Shown here piece after piece: positions 25,937 through 39,115 of a stretch of DNA of 64,000 nt. Location: contig NC_068988.1 of the NCBI RefSeq assembly GCF_001194135.2, positions 14,700,226 to 14,764,225 of the forward strand, read 5' to 3'. This DNA comes from Octopus bimaculoides (taxonomy: Eukaryota). Every line of letters begins with the position of its first letter. Position 1 is the first letter of the stretch. A model generated the notes under the pieces. That model was not told the origin of the DNA, searched no databases, and saw only the letters and a list, made by a program, of their open reading frames with translations. A program made the translations under genes and the position numbers.

Positions 25937-28043
25937 GTAAACAAGTAATACTTTTAACAGTGTTTGGAACAAAAATTAAATTGAAATTTTGATGGAAGGT
26001 TTTAATTTAAATCACTTGACCCTAAGTTTGTATCATAAAACCAGGGTCAGTTTCAAGTGGATTGGTAACAAAAGGGTTAAAGGACTTAAAATTGTTGACA
26101 CACAACTTGGCTAAAAAAAAATCATGCAACTGAACTTCAGAAATTTATCTAAACTCAGACTCCTCTCAGTTTGAAAGTTTATAATTAGGAATCTTGAATA
26201 ACAGGAGTTGCAGGTGGCAAAGTTTTTAAAATCTGAAGCAAAATAGAACTCAATTTCATCCACACATAATAATTCAAGCTGTTCTAAATGCGTAAACTAA
26301 CTGGGCTATTTTTAAAAAAATCTAATTTCTTCTTTGAGCTGTAAGGCAAGTATGTGTCAAATTTAGATTGATGTTATTGACCTAGTGTGACTTCATTACA
26401 CAAAAGAACACGGTAACCATGTTTGGCTACCAGTCAAAAGTCACTACAGTAACTGTTTGTACGTTTTGTTTTATATGTATATATATTTATTCCAAGTTTA
26501 TATGATTCTATCTAATGTTCTATAAGGTTTCATGTGTGCAAGTGTTATGTAGACACAAGCACAATGATTTCCAAAATAAGCCAGATTCTAAGCAGAGGTT
26601 TCCAAGTGTAATTCAATGCATTTATTATCAATGCTTGACTGAATTAGGTTTACTTTCTCAAGCTAATACAGATAAACATTAATATATTTAGCATATTAAA
26701 CTTTTTGCAAAAACTTTCAGTTTGAAAATTAATGAAGATAAAATTTACTTAACGTAACATTTTTCAACATATAACCTGAGTAATTATTTCTGACAAAGGC
26801 ACAAGGCCACAAATTTGAGTGGAGAGGTTTTATTGATTAACTTGACTATAGTATTTAACTTTTATTTCATCAATCCCAGAAGGATAAAAGGCAAACCTTG
26901 ATAAGATTTGAACTCAGAATGTAAAAGGTGGAAACAGATACCAATACCACAAGACATTTTGGCACATGCTTTAACGTTTCTACCTTCTAATAATATGCTT
27001 AAAAGCTTCAGCAAGAGAATCAGCTCTAATCAACAGTAACTAATGTTTATGTCTGCTGATTTGGCAAAATGCAAATGGAATATATCATGAAGTGAGTAAT
27101 ACATTTTAGATCCTTACAATTGAAAGTTCATATTTAACATCTGGCAAATAAACATTTGAGATCTTCATCTCAATTATGAGGATTTTATTTCTTGTGCATC
27201 TTAGGTCTCTTTTACCCTTGTCAACATGGGTGGGATGAACTTTACAAATTCAGACCTTTGCTTTACTATCGGAGCTGCTATTTTTAAAGCAGCCATCTAC
27301 TTTGTATCACTCACGCCTTCAAGTTAAAGAAAGTGTAACCTACTTTTAGTTAGACAGTAAAGCAGTAAAACACAATAGCAGTGTCAAGACTTGAACACAT
27401 TACTAAACCTGTAAGTAGTCTACTTTCCTAACTTTACATACACACTCACCCTTTAGTCACTACATATCCACTGATGATGATGATGACAAATGTTTTGTAA
27501 TATAGGCACTAAACCAGAAATTTGGGTGGATAGCCAATTAAATCAACCCAGTATTTAACTGGTACTTTGATTTGAACTCAGACAGTAAAGAACCAGAACA
27601 AATACTGCAAGACATTTTGTCCAATGCTTCACTGCCCTGATAATAACACTAATTCCTAAATAGTTACAAGGCCAAAAATCTAGACGGTTGAGGAAGCTGA
27701 TAGTTGATTAAATAAACCCAAGTTTTTGACTGGTACTTTATTTTCATGACCTCAGAGGGATGAGAGACAAAATAACCTCAACATGATTGTAACTCAGAAC
27801 ATATAGTTGGATGATTCAGATATTAGTTTATCCATGTCATTTTGGCTTTTGCACGTTTTGGCACTGCCAAACCATTCAGTTGGGAGGTCAGTTTGATAGT
27901 TTGTCTTGAACCATCCTTCTTCCACTTTGTTGATCTTCCATGTTTTGGATGCTTTCTAGTCATCTTGTCATTTCCCTCATTTGAGGGATTAGAAGGTGTC
28001 AATGCTATTTTTGTGTTTTCAGATGTTTCCTCTTGCTTTTCTT

Positions 28044-28730
28044 ATTGAGGGAACCCGTGGAAGAGGTAGGCCCAGGAAGACCTGGGCTGAGGTGGTGAGG
28101 CAAGACCTTCGTACATTGGGCCTCACCGAGGCGATGACTACGGACCGAGACCTTTGGAAATGGGCTGTGCGTGAGAAGACCCGGCAAGCCAAGTAAGATC
28201 GTTGCCAGTGCCCCTGGACTGGTTCTTGTGCGGGTGGCACATGAGATGCACCATTTTGAGCGTGGCCGTTGCCAGTACCGCCTGACTGGCTCCTGTAGGA
28301 TTTTCGAGCGAGATCGTNNNNNNNNNNNNNNNNNNNNNNNNNNNNNNNNNNNNNNNNNNNNNNNNNNNNNNNNNNNNNNNNNNNNNNNNNNNNNNNNNNN
28401 NNNNNNNNNNNNNNNNNNNNNNNNNNNNNNNNNNNNNNNNNNNNNNNNNNNNNNNNNNNNNNNNNNAAAAGCACCCACTACACTCTCTGAGTGGTTGGCG
28501 TTAGGAAGGGCATCCAGCTCACATAAAAGACACCATTTCGAGCGTGGCCGTTTTCGTGCGGGTGACACGTAAAAGCACCCACTACACTCTCTGAGTGGTT
28601 GGCGTTAGGAAGGGCATCCAGCTGTAGAAACTCTGCCATCCGGTTTCACCAGTCCTCAGTCAAATCGTCCAACCCATGCTAGCATGGAAAGCGGACGTTA
28701 AACGATGATGATGATGATGATGATGATGAT
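28044..28730 (+). mobile_element. RTE-clade LINE 3' end
   Basis: EGTRGRGRPRKTWAEVVRQDLRTLGL...DRDLWK..V* (stop at 28196) is the classic RTE C-terminus. It is followed by a 3' UTR ending in (GAT)n, with an N gap inside. Confidence 0.85.
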
Positions 28731-31389
28731 AGGAAGACTTCTTTATAATATACTTTTCTATAGACCTGTAGTGGATGTTGTTGTTGACACTGATACAGCT
28801 ACTTGAAATTACAGTGACTGCTGCTGCTGTTGCGATTGCAGCAATTACTACCATAGCAGCAGTGGAAAATACTAATCAGCTGCCATCATCTACATGAAAC
28901 AGAAAACTGTGAGGTAGTCCTATTTTACAGCATATGTAATATTTGGGTATTTTACCCTCAATTACCACCAGTACTGTTCACACTCTTCAAAATAAAAATA
29001 ACACTGTGTAACACAATTTATGTCTTTGCGTAGCAACTGTTATTTCCCATTTGCTTACCCCAAGAAAGTATGAAAAATGGTTAATATTTCCTTCAAACTT
29101 TGCTTCTGTTATATTTATTCAAACCCCAAAGAGTCCCTCTTAACACATGGCTATGATTCTCCCCAACTACCCCTGCTCATGATCAGAGATGCACAAATTG
29201 CCAGCCACTAAAGCACATGCTCAAGTGGTTAAAGTCAAGCAACCAACAAGCAAATCTGTGGTATTGAGCAGAATATTTGCTATAAAATATACCAAGGCAG
29301 GTTTCCAGCTTTTTTAGATTGTCTGAGCAAAAAACCCTTCATGTAGCCATTTCTGAAATACTGCACCACCAATTTCATAGCTTTTATTGCTGCAGCGAAC
29401 AACAAAGCATAGCTCAGGAATGGCCCTATGATCTTTGATTCTTATAACTTGTATGTCTATACAGATCTCATCCAACCACTTATTTTTAGTTATTTCAGTA
29501 CCCTTGCTGAAATAACGAAGGGCAAAGGTTCGATGTCATTGCCATTCATTGAGATCTTTGTATTTAATCAACCCATCTATGACAGTGCTAGCAGGTGAGC
29601 GGTATGTGGCACCCCAACTTCACCTGCTGCCTCACTTCATCCTTAATCCTGAAGATAACACACATGCACATCCACACACACACACGCTGTGCAACAATGA
29701 CAGAAACTACAACTTTCCATACAAGATCTTGGGTCTCCTACAACTGGGGATTTTAGGTTGTTTTGTTTTGGATAAAAATATGGCAACTTATTACTTTCGT
29801 TTTTATGCATTCCTATATGTATTCCTCAAGCAGGTAGGTACTATCTTTTGTAACACATCTTTCCTATACAGGTTTTTGTTGAAGCCAACCTATGTCCAGA
29901 GATTATTTGCGGTTCACAGCATTAGAAAAGCACATTATATGCTAATTAACAACTTCATTATTTTTTTATCACTTGTCAAAGTTTTGAATGTTTGCTATGT
30001 GGGTTTGTTTGATATTGCTAGCTTGATCTTTTTTTTATCTGTCTTTTTGTAATTAATTGCATCCATATTATTTTTTTATTGGTTTTCATCTGAAAGGTGT
30101 ATGTTTACATTAGCATTACCACTGCTGCTGTGACAAGCACCTTTTCCCACTCCTCTATCATAAAAAGCCATCTCAAATTTCTAGTAAACAGTATTTACAA
30201 AATATGGAATATAAAAATACTCAGAGACAAACTGTATTTTTTTTTCCACCCCAAAATAAACAGGGTGGACATAGAACTATTCCAAGATATTCTTACTGGT
30301 ATAATATTTCAAAAGAAATGGGTTTTTTTTTTCATTACATATAAATACGGTAAATCTAAAGACATTTGAAGCAAAGCAAATACATCCACAATTGCCAAAC
30401 CACAAATGTAATGATGATAATAATAATAATAATAATAGTAGTAGTAATTTTTTTGATAAGCTTAAAGTATCTTCTTTCCTCTGTCAGGAGCTGCAATCAA
30501 TAGATAGCAAGATAGCATCAGCAATTTGAAAAATTAATGGAAATATAGTTTCCTTGGCTCGATCAGAAGATCAGCTGCTACCACCACTACTATCAGCTGT
30601 GTGTGTGTATGTGTGTGTGTCCATGACATTTCAGCTCAAAAAATAATTATCTTTGTTAGATAGGATAGGGTGAAAGGGGGAGAGAATGAAATGGAAATGT
30701 TCTCAGTTTCACAGAATGTGAAGCTATTCCAAATGGGAATTGAAATCAAGACAAAGATTACATTTCTTGAGAATTTGTGATGTTATACATTTATTAAGGT
30801 ATTAATGACTTTCTTTTTCTTTTTAAACCAAGAATCTGGCTTTATCCACTTTATCTTTGTGCTTTTTCAATAAGTAAACACCCTCAATACAACACCACAC
30901 TTAGTCGAGGGGTCTTGTCTTCTGAGTTACTTGGCGACCTCACTGGTGTTGGTGCCACATAAAACACCTCCAGTAGATTGTATAAAGTACTTGGCATTAG
31001 GATGGGCATCTAACCATAGGATGCCACACCCGAGCAGACATTGGCGTTTGGCACAGTCCCCTGGCTAGCCAGCTCCGGCCAAACTGTCCAACACATGCAA
31101 ACATGGAACACAGGCATTAAATGATGATGACGGTGATCTCAAAGCAGTAATAAAATGTAAGGAAAGTAAAATTAAATGCCTTGCCCAAGAATGCAATAGA
31201 AAATCTGCAGTCAAATACAACTTCCTTGTGTACCAATTAGAAGTCCCATACATGACCCACACCACTGTTGCTACTCTCAATATTAACGATTTCTTACAGA
31301 AGTATGAAAATTTAACATTACAAAAGGAAAACAGACAACTGTAATTAGAAAAGTGAAATGATGCCAACCAGATATGATAATCAATTTAA

Positions 31390-31640
31390 AGCACCATCAT
31401 CATCATCATCATAAGAAGAAGAAGAAAGAGAAAGAACGAAAGACAGGAAGATGGAGAAGAAAGAAAGAAGAGGAGGAGGAGGAAAGAAAATTGAGGAGAA
31501 GAAAGAAGAGGTGGAAAGAGAAGAGGAAATGAGGAGAAAGAAAGAAAGGAAAACGGTGAAAGAATCAGAAAGGATAGGTGGGCAAAGAAGAAGAAGAAGA
31601 AGCTAACAATGTAGACAGAAGAAAAAAAAGGAAAATAAAA
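31390..31640. repeat. Purine-rich (GAA/GGA) low-complexity tract
   Basis: Almost purely A/G on the + strand. Confidence 0.85.
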
Positions 31641-31703
31641 ATAAATTAAAATAAAGCAAAAGAATGTAAATGAGCTGCAGAGAAAAATAGGGGAAAGAAA
31701 ACA

Positions 31704-31736
<33 letters not shown>

Positions 31737-34700
31737 GACAGTTTTTAAAATTCAAACACTTTAGTTTAGATTTTGAACAACACCTCATAGAGAAATCAAT
31801 AAAAAGAGAGATCAAGATTTCTAAACTGACAGAACAGAATTTGAGCTGAGGTTTCAGCTGTCAACAGATAGAATTTTAAACAACTGTCTCAAATATCTAC
31901 AGTCTTCCATAATTATTGGCATGGCCGAGTCTTCGCAGGAAGTTTATTAATGGTTCATGAAATAAATTTTCTTTTTAAAAAAAAACAAAAAAACATTGAG
32001 TTAGTAAACAAGAATAAATTGCAAAAGCTAAAATGGATGAAAATTGATTTTTTTTTTTCTTCCTTTTTCTTTTCACTCAAATCAATATCAAATTACATGC
32101 TTTGGTAAACAAATTATTCTTTCTTTATTTATTTGTTTATTTATTTTCGTATTTTGTAGACTGCTTTGAATTCAAAAGATCTTGCTTTACCATAAGTAGA
32201 AGGAAACTAGAGTATACTACCAAATCAACTGATGCAAAAGACATCAAGCAGAAGCGATCGATAACATTATATAAAAACCAATGATAGAATGCTTATGACC
32301 TTGGCATTTTGTTGTGCATTTTATTTTTCAAAAAAGAAAAAAATTATAACAATAATAAAACTAAGACTTCCCTCCTAAAGCAACATTCTAAAGTAAATAT
32401 TGATTACAATAATAAAAAAAAAATATAAACCAAATATTAAAAGATGTTTCCCTGATCAATTAAAAAGCAATATAACAAGTGATATATCTGTCACCGAGAG
32501 AAAAGGAGTAACAAGAATTCTTTTACTATCAAGCATCCTAAATCTTGCATCCCATGAATATGTAAACAGGCAGACAGAGAGAGAGATGTGGAATGGAAGT
32601 GCTTTTTATGTTAATAACAATGATGATAAACTTTGAGGAAACTAAAGTGTTATGGATTTGAATGAATTATTTTGGCAAGCTTTCAAGAGAGATACTGCCA
32701 ACATGAAATAAAATATCTTTAGAAGCTAAAAACAATAAATTCAAATCTAGGGCACGTCAAGAGACACAGATAAAGCCATATGGTTCTGATTTCAATCTCA
32801 CTGTATGACGTACGCGTCAGGTGAGTGGTTTCTATGACCAGTGGCATGAGAGCAGAACCTGGTAGACAAGAGGAGGGGAGCTGGCAGAAACGTCTGCCGC
32901 TATGTTCTGAGTTCAAATTCTGCCAAGGTCGACTTTGCCTTTCATCCTTTCAGGGTCGATTAAATAAGTACCAGTTATGCACTGGAGTCGATATAATTGA
33001 CTTAATCCGTTTGTCCCCTCTGTGTGTAGCCCCTTGTGGGCAATAAAGAAATAAGAACTGCATGGAAACTGGTCAGAGTGTGTGTGTGTGTGTGTGTAGG
33101 TAAAATAGCACAAATGGAATTAGAGGGATAAGAGACAAACAGTTGGACAACATAGGTTAGAAGAGGTACACAAAGAGGAATGAGAAAGGAAATGATAACT
33201 GTTTAAAGTACCTTAACATAACTGTTTAAAGTACCTTAGAACTACGTGTTGTAGAATATTTATGTGGGTGTGTATACATTAAACAGACGCACACATACAC
33301 ACAAATACATTATACAGACACACACACACACACACCTATCTTATCTTTTACTTGGTTGTTTCAGTCATTTGACAGTGGCCATGCTGGGGCACCACTTTGA
33401 AAGGTTTTAGACAAACAAATCAACCGCAGGACTTATTTTTTTTAAGCCTGGTATTTATTCTATCAGTCTTTTTTGCCAGACCACTAAGTTACAGGGATAT
33501 AAACACATTCTTTTTCCTTTTTTACTTTTACATGTTTCAGGCATTTGAATCTGGCCATGCTGGAGCACTACCTTAAAGGGTTTTTCCTTTTTTTTTTTTA
33601 TTGAAGAAATCAACCCCAGGACTTATTCTTTGTAAGCCTAGTACTTATTCTATTGGTCTCTTCTGCCAAACTGCTTAGTTATGGGGATATAAACACACCA
33701 ACATCGGTTGTCAAGCGACTGGGGGGGGGGGGGACACACAGATACAAAGACACACACACATAAATATATACACACATAATATATCTATATACATATAACT
33801 GTATAATTCTGAATTCTTTTCTCACACATTTGCAAAACTAGACAGTGTGTATGTGTCTATGTTTGCACATACCAATGTAGAATGGCTCCAAGTTGCATCC
33901 TGCCATAACAAAAGATATCATCATTATCATCATCGTTTAACATCCGCTAGCATGGGTTGGACGATTTGACTGGGGACTGGTGAAACCGGATGGCTGCACC
34001 AGGCTCCAGTCTGATCTGGCAGAGTTTCTACAGCTGGATGCCCTTCCTAACGCCAACCACTCCGAGAGTGTAGTGGGTGCTTTTACGTGCCACCAGCACG
34101 AGGGCCAGTCAGGCAGTACTGGCAACAGCCACGCTCAAATGGTGTTTTTTACGTGCCACCTGCACAAGAGCCAGTCCAGCGGCACTGGCAACGACGGATC
34201 ACTAAAACAGATAACAGACTGAAATAAGGACTAAGGCTGATATCATTCTTTATTTTTATCCTTTTTTANNNNNNNNNNNNNNNNNNNNNNNNNNNNNNNN
34301 NNNNNNNNNNNNNNNNNNNNNNNNNNNNNNNNNNNNNNNNNNNNNNNNNNNNNNNNNNNNNNNNNNNNNNNNNNNNNNNNNNNNNNNNNNNNNNNNNNNN
34401 NNNNNNNNNNNNNNNNNNNNNNNNNNNNNNNNNNNNNNNNNNNNNNNNNNNNNNNNNNNNNNNNNNNNNNNNNNNNNNNNNNNNNNNNNNNNNNNNNNNN
34501 NNNNNNNNNNNNNNNNNNNNNNNNNNNNNNNNNNNNNNNNNNNNNNNNNNNNNNNNNNNNNNNNNNNNNNNNNNNNNNNNNNNNNNNNNNNNNNNNNNNN
34601 NNNNNNNNNNNNNNNNNNNNNNNNNNNNNNNNNNNNNNNNNNNNNNNNNNNNNNNNNNNNNNNNNNNNNNNNNNNNNNNNNNNNNNNNNNNNNNNNNNNN

Positions 34701-37700
34701 NNNNNNNNNNNNNNNNNNNNNNNNNNNNNNNNNNNNNNNNNNNNNNNNNNNNNNNNNNNNNNNNNNNNNNNNNNNNNNNNNNNNNNNNNNNNNNNNNNNN
34801 NNNNNNNNNNNNNNNNNNNNNNNNNNNNNNNNNNNNNNNNNNNNNNNNNNNNNNNTATATATATGCTGGGCTTCTGTTCAGTTTCCGTCGAAGCTATTGT
34901 AGATAATACTTGCCCAAGGTGCCACACAGTGGGACTGAACCCTGAACCATGAGGTTAAGAAGCAAGCTTCAGTGGGCTTCCACACAGTTTCTGTCTACCA
35001 AATCCACTCATAGGGAATTGTCAGCCCACAGCTTTCACAGAAAACACTTGCCCAAGATGCTGTACAATAGGACTGAACTTGAAACCACATAGTTGCAAAG
35101 CAAGCTTCTTAACCATGCAGCCATGCCTGATTGATTAAAATCAGAAATGAAATATAAACCTTGAAAGGCAAGAGTCTTGGCACTGCCATAGTTAAATCAC
35201 TGAAACCAATAAAAAACAATTAAAGAATATTTAACAGAGCCGAAACTTCTGATTTATTGTTTATCTCCCTCAACATATTCCTTAAATTAGAGCCACCATA
35301 TTTTCATGTCCAAAATCCTAGGTAACCTTACTCAACAATACAGACAAGAGAGCCATAGCTAGAAACATCCACCAGTTTTGATTCCATTTGACTGGCTATC
35401 ATAGATTTATTCAAGCAGAGCTGATTGGGACAATCCAACAACAAACAACCAAGACCAGACTAAAAATACATCAATATTTTCTATTCTCTTTTAATATCTA
35501 TTTTTGAATGGCTTATAACTGCTCGAGGATATCTATAAATTCTCTAAAAATACTGAACATTGTTTGCCTTCTAGAAGAAAAAATAATCAATAAAACTAAA
35601 ATGTAGAAAAATAAATTGAGATAATTAGGAATTCAAAAATATCAAAAGTTGCTTTTAGGGATGCAAACTTAAATGAACCTAAACGAAAGTTAAGAAATTA
35701 CACAAATCCAGATATCTATACTACAGTAATGATGATAGTCTAGTAATGATGATAATGATAACTGGATGAGGAGATGTTAGTAGATGGCTGCTAGAGTAAA
35801 GATGATTAAAATGGTATGACTGTATCATGGTGAGAAATCATTATCATTAACATCATCAATTTATTGTCTATTTTATCACACAAGCATGGGTCAGACAGAT
35901 TTGTTAAGGCAGATTTTCTATGGTCAGAAGCACGACCAATTGCCAACCCTTACTTGTTTCCATGGAAGGTAATATTTTACCTCGTGGCCTGACATGTTTT
36001 CATGGAAGACTGGAAATAAGAGACACCACTTGTACGATGGTAACACTCATTTAATGAACGCCACCTCTGTCCAGAACTGAAGTATATTGTGGTTGCAAAA
36101 AGGAAATTCAGGCTTTTGGATGCAGTCTTAACAATGTAGCCCACTTATGAGAAGTTACTGAAATCAAGCATTTGTAGAGGTTTTTGCTGCAGGGTGATGC
36201 AAAACAATAGGAAGAATGGGTATATTGTCTTGATAAGTACAGTGACTGTATCTTTGTACAGTTGAATAAACTTATGCTGTTGTGTTTCTGTTGTTTACAA
36301 GATGTCTGTCCACAGAAGCTTTGTGTCCTTTTAGAGTACTAGCATCTCTCATTTTGGACACAGGACACAGGAAATGTGTCAAGGCCGACAGGAAGCGGTG
36401 CAGCTTCCTAGGTCTAACCAACAGTAGTATTATTCCCTTCAGGGGACTGTCACATTAAGTTGACAGCATACAACTACTTCAAGTATAGTAAGGTATTGAG
36501 AAATGGTCAGGCACATTACATAGAACAGATTAATGCAAACAAGCCCTCTTTAAAAGTACAAATATTAAAATTCTGTTGCTTACACCAGTCTATTTTACAC
36601 TCTTTTTTTCTTTTGCTTAACAAAGCAACTTAATGTATTTAAAACACTGCAACATGATGCTGAATAGACAAGAGAGAAATACTGATAGTATCATGGGCTC
36701 TAATTAACAAGATATCTCACTGTCCTACTTATCCTCTTAAACAAGACAAGGCAGAATTGGGATTTATTTGCATAAGAAAAACGTCATTGTAATTAGAGTG
36801 TTATCTAAACTCTATACGACAACATGAAACTAGGAACAAGGTCTGGGTAATAAATGAGTAATTGATACAAAACAAACATGTAACGGAAGAAGCCGTCATT
36901 AAACGTGTACAACTAGATTAGTAAAACAACTTATAGAATTGTTACAAAACACAAGAGGATTACAACGAAGATTTTTGCAATCGACCTCACACAAAGGCAT
37001 ATACAGCAATCAAATAACTTAGCTTTCACATGCTATACCACACTAATATCAGTGATTATAAATGTGTTGTAAAAATACAATAACTAAACAAATCAAAAGA
37101 ATGTTAAACTTTCCCTCTGCCTCCTCCTCCATCACTGCCCTCCATGTGAATGATGCTAATTTGAATGAAAAAAAGTTTGAGTGAAGAGTTATATATTATG
37201 TAATAACAATTACTAATGAAAAAAAAAAACGACTGAATAAGTATTAAGGAGTAATTTGTGAAATTTGATTACCAAGAACTTTTTCTCTAATTCGACAGCT
37301 AACGTTTGTCTGCTTTCGATCACACTTAAGCAACTGACAGAATATATCCTGAATAAAGTATTTATGTTGGCTTTCTCAATAAAAGGTTTTTTAATATAAA
37401 CACAATCGTTTAGTTTTGTATAGAAAGTTGTTTTGTTTTGTTTTGATTTTTTTTTTTTTTTGCATTAAATTGATCTAATTCAAAGTTTCCAATTGGAATC
37501 AACCCATCAAGCTAAGGTCATACTTGAAGGGGGAAGTGCTATAGCATTACCAGTTTCCAATCTAATTCCAATAGCAATTAGATAAATGATTCTAACTCGC
37601 AGTCGATAACAGACAATGGTGCTTTTATGAGAAATATTCATGAATTGATAACACAATCATTTGATTTTTAAGTATCCAAGTGAGCATGTCCGTTGTTACA

Positions 37701-37734
37701 AATACGTATCCTAGTTATACACATAAACTCCTAT

Positions 37735-37776
<42 letters not shown>

Positions 37777-37790
37777 CAAATGAGTTTTAC

Positions 37791-37831
37791 CTCTGAATCA
37801 TCCAAAATGAATCATTACTGGCTGAAACCAT
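37791..37831 (-). CDS. Candidate alternative first coding exon of FCHO (MVSASNDSFWMIQ-S)
   Basis: ATG GTT TCA GCC AGT AAT GAT TCA TTT TGG ATG ATT CAG AG|gtaaaa. The phase-2 donor is compatible with exon 3, there is an in-frame TAG 6 codons upstream, and about 400 bp of non-repeat CpG-richer sequence lies 5' of it. No transcript evidence. Confidence 0.35.
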
Positions 37832-38849
37832 TCTCTTTGGTATGACCTACTAACACACCCCATCCCAAAACAGCCCAAACACTGTTAAGTCAAATCTCTC
37901 GAGTGATCCATTTGCAGCTGCATTGCTGCTGCGCAAAAGAATAACGACCTACAACATCCGGAATAAATGTCCGAAAGTCACTAAATTGGAAGCATACGTC
38001 TGCCACAGCACGTGTTAAATGGCTACTATAAAAGCAGAAACTTTTGTTGGTATACTGCATACACACTGAATTGCAGCTGAGCTCTCGACAAATTTTGCAG
38101 AATCTATGTTTTTTTCCTTAACATGATGAATCTGTGAGCAATACAATATTCATATCAATAAATCCCACATTTGTTATCTGCTTCAGCCCCCTCCCCACCA
38201 TTTCCACTCTTGTTCTTAACAACAAAACACATCCTAAACATCTCTCTATGAATCCCAAATAAGTGTAAAAGCTTCTCCAGGTACTTCAGCCCTAACAGTG
38301 CTCCTAATACTACGCTCAAGCAATGTGATCCAAACCTGGCCCTCTATACTCACTAAGCTCTTTATTCCACCACCACCACCAACCCACCCACCCACCNNNN
38401 NNNNNNNNNNNNNNNNNNNNNNNNNNNNNNNNNNNNNNNNNNNNNNNNNNNNNNNNNNNNNNNNNNNNNNNNNNNNNNNNNNGCTGTTGTCTATATTCTT
38501 TATCATACACACACACACACACACACAGAGAGACTTACACTTTAATTATCTGCTCCAGTGCATGGCTTAGTGGTTAGGGTGTTTGACTAATGATCGTCAG
38601 ATTGTGGTTTTGATTCTTGGACTGGGCAACATGTGTTCTTGAGCAAAACACTTCATTTCCCATTGCTCCATTCTACTCAGCTACCAAAATCGAGTGAACC
38701 TGCAATGGACCAGCATCCCATCCAGGTGGGGAATATATACACCATGGAAACCAGGAAACCAGCCCTATGAGCCTATGCAGCTCGGGAAGGAATTTATGTA
38801 AATCAACAGTGTGTATAATTCCCCCACCCCACACCCCAAAAGAACAACT

Positions 38850-39115
38850 TACCACCCTATCCATTGCCCTTGCTTCAAACATCTCAAACATGATGGTAAC
38901 AGATGAAAACAACTTTCTCTATATCTTCAAATATCTTCTCATCCTGAATACCATCAATAGTTTCTATAGAACCAGATTTACTGGAAATCTGCCATCCAAT
39001 GTCACACACTAAAAGGCTTGAAACTTCAAAGAAAGCAATGTTGTTGCCCTTGACATGAAAGCTATTAACCATGAATGGCACAAGATTCTCCACCCACTTC
39101 TTATCTAATGCTGGT
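38850..39115 (+). mobile_element. Old LINE RT fragment
   Basis: SIALASNISNMM, RFTGNLPSNVT and SNVVALDMKA..WHK resemble RT motifs (RPIALxSxxSK, RSTxD, ALDxxKAFDxVWH). Heavily decayed. Confidence 0.55.

Noticed and set aside
27826-28041. 72-codon stop-free minus-strand frame (EKQEETSEN...KRAKAKMTWIN)
   Set aside because: It is bounded by stops, has no convincing splice sites or homology and abuts an RTE insertion. Chance or a decayed TE is more likely.
29549-30052. 167-aa plus-strand ORF
   Set aside because: No recognisable domain. It crosses a CA microsatellite and its F/L/I/Y-rich composition is typical of AT-rich non-coding DNA.
32785-32830. Hairpin CTCAC..TGACG-TACG-CGTCA..GTGAG
   Set aside because: It lies in a decayed SINE head and is short enough to be chance.
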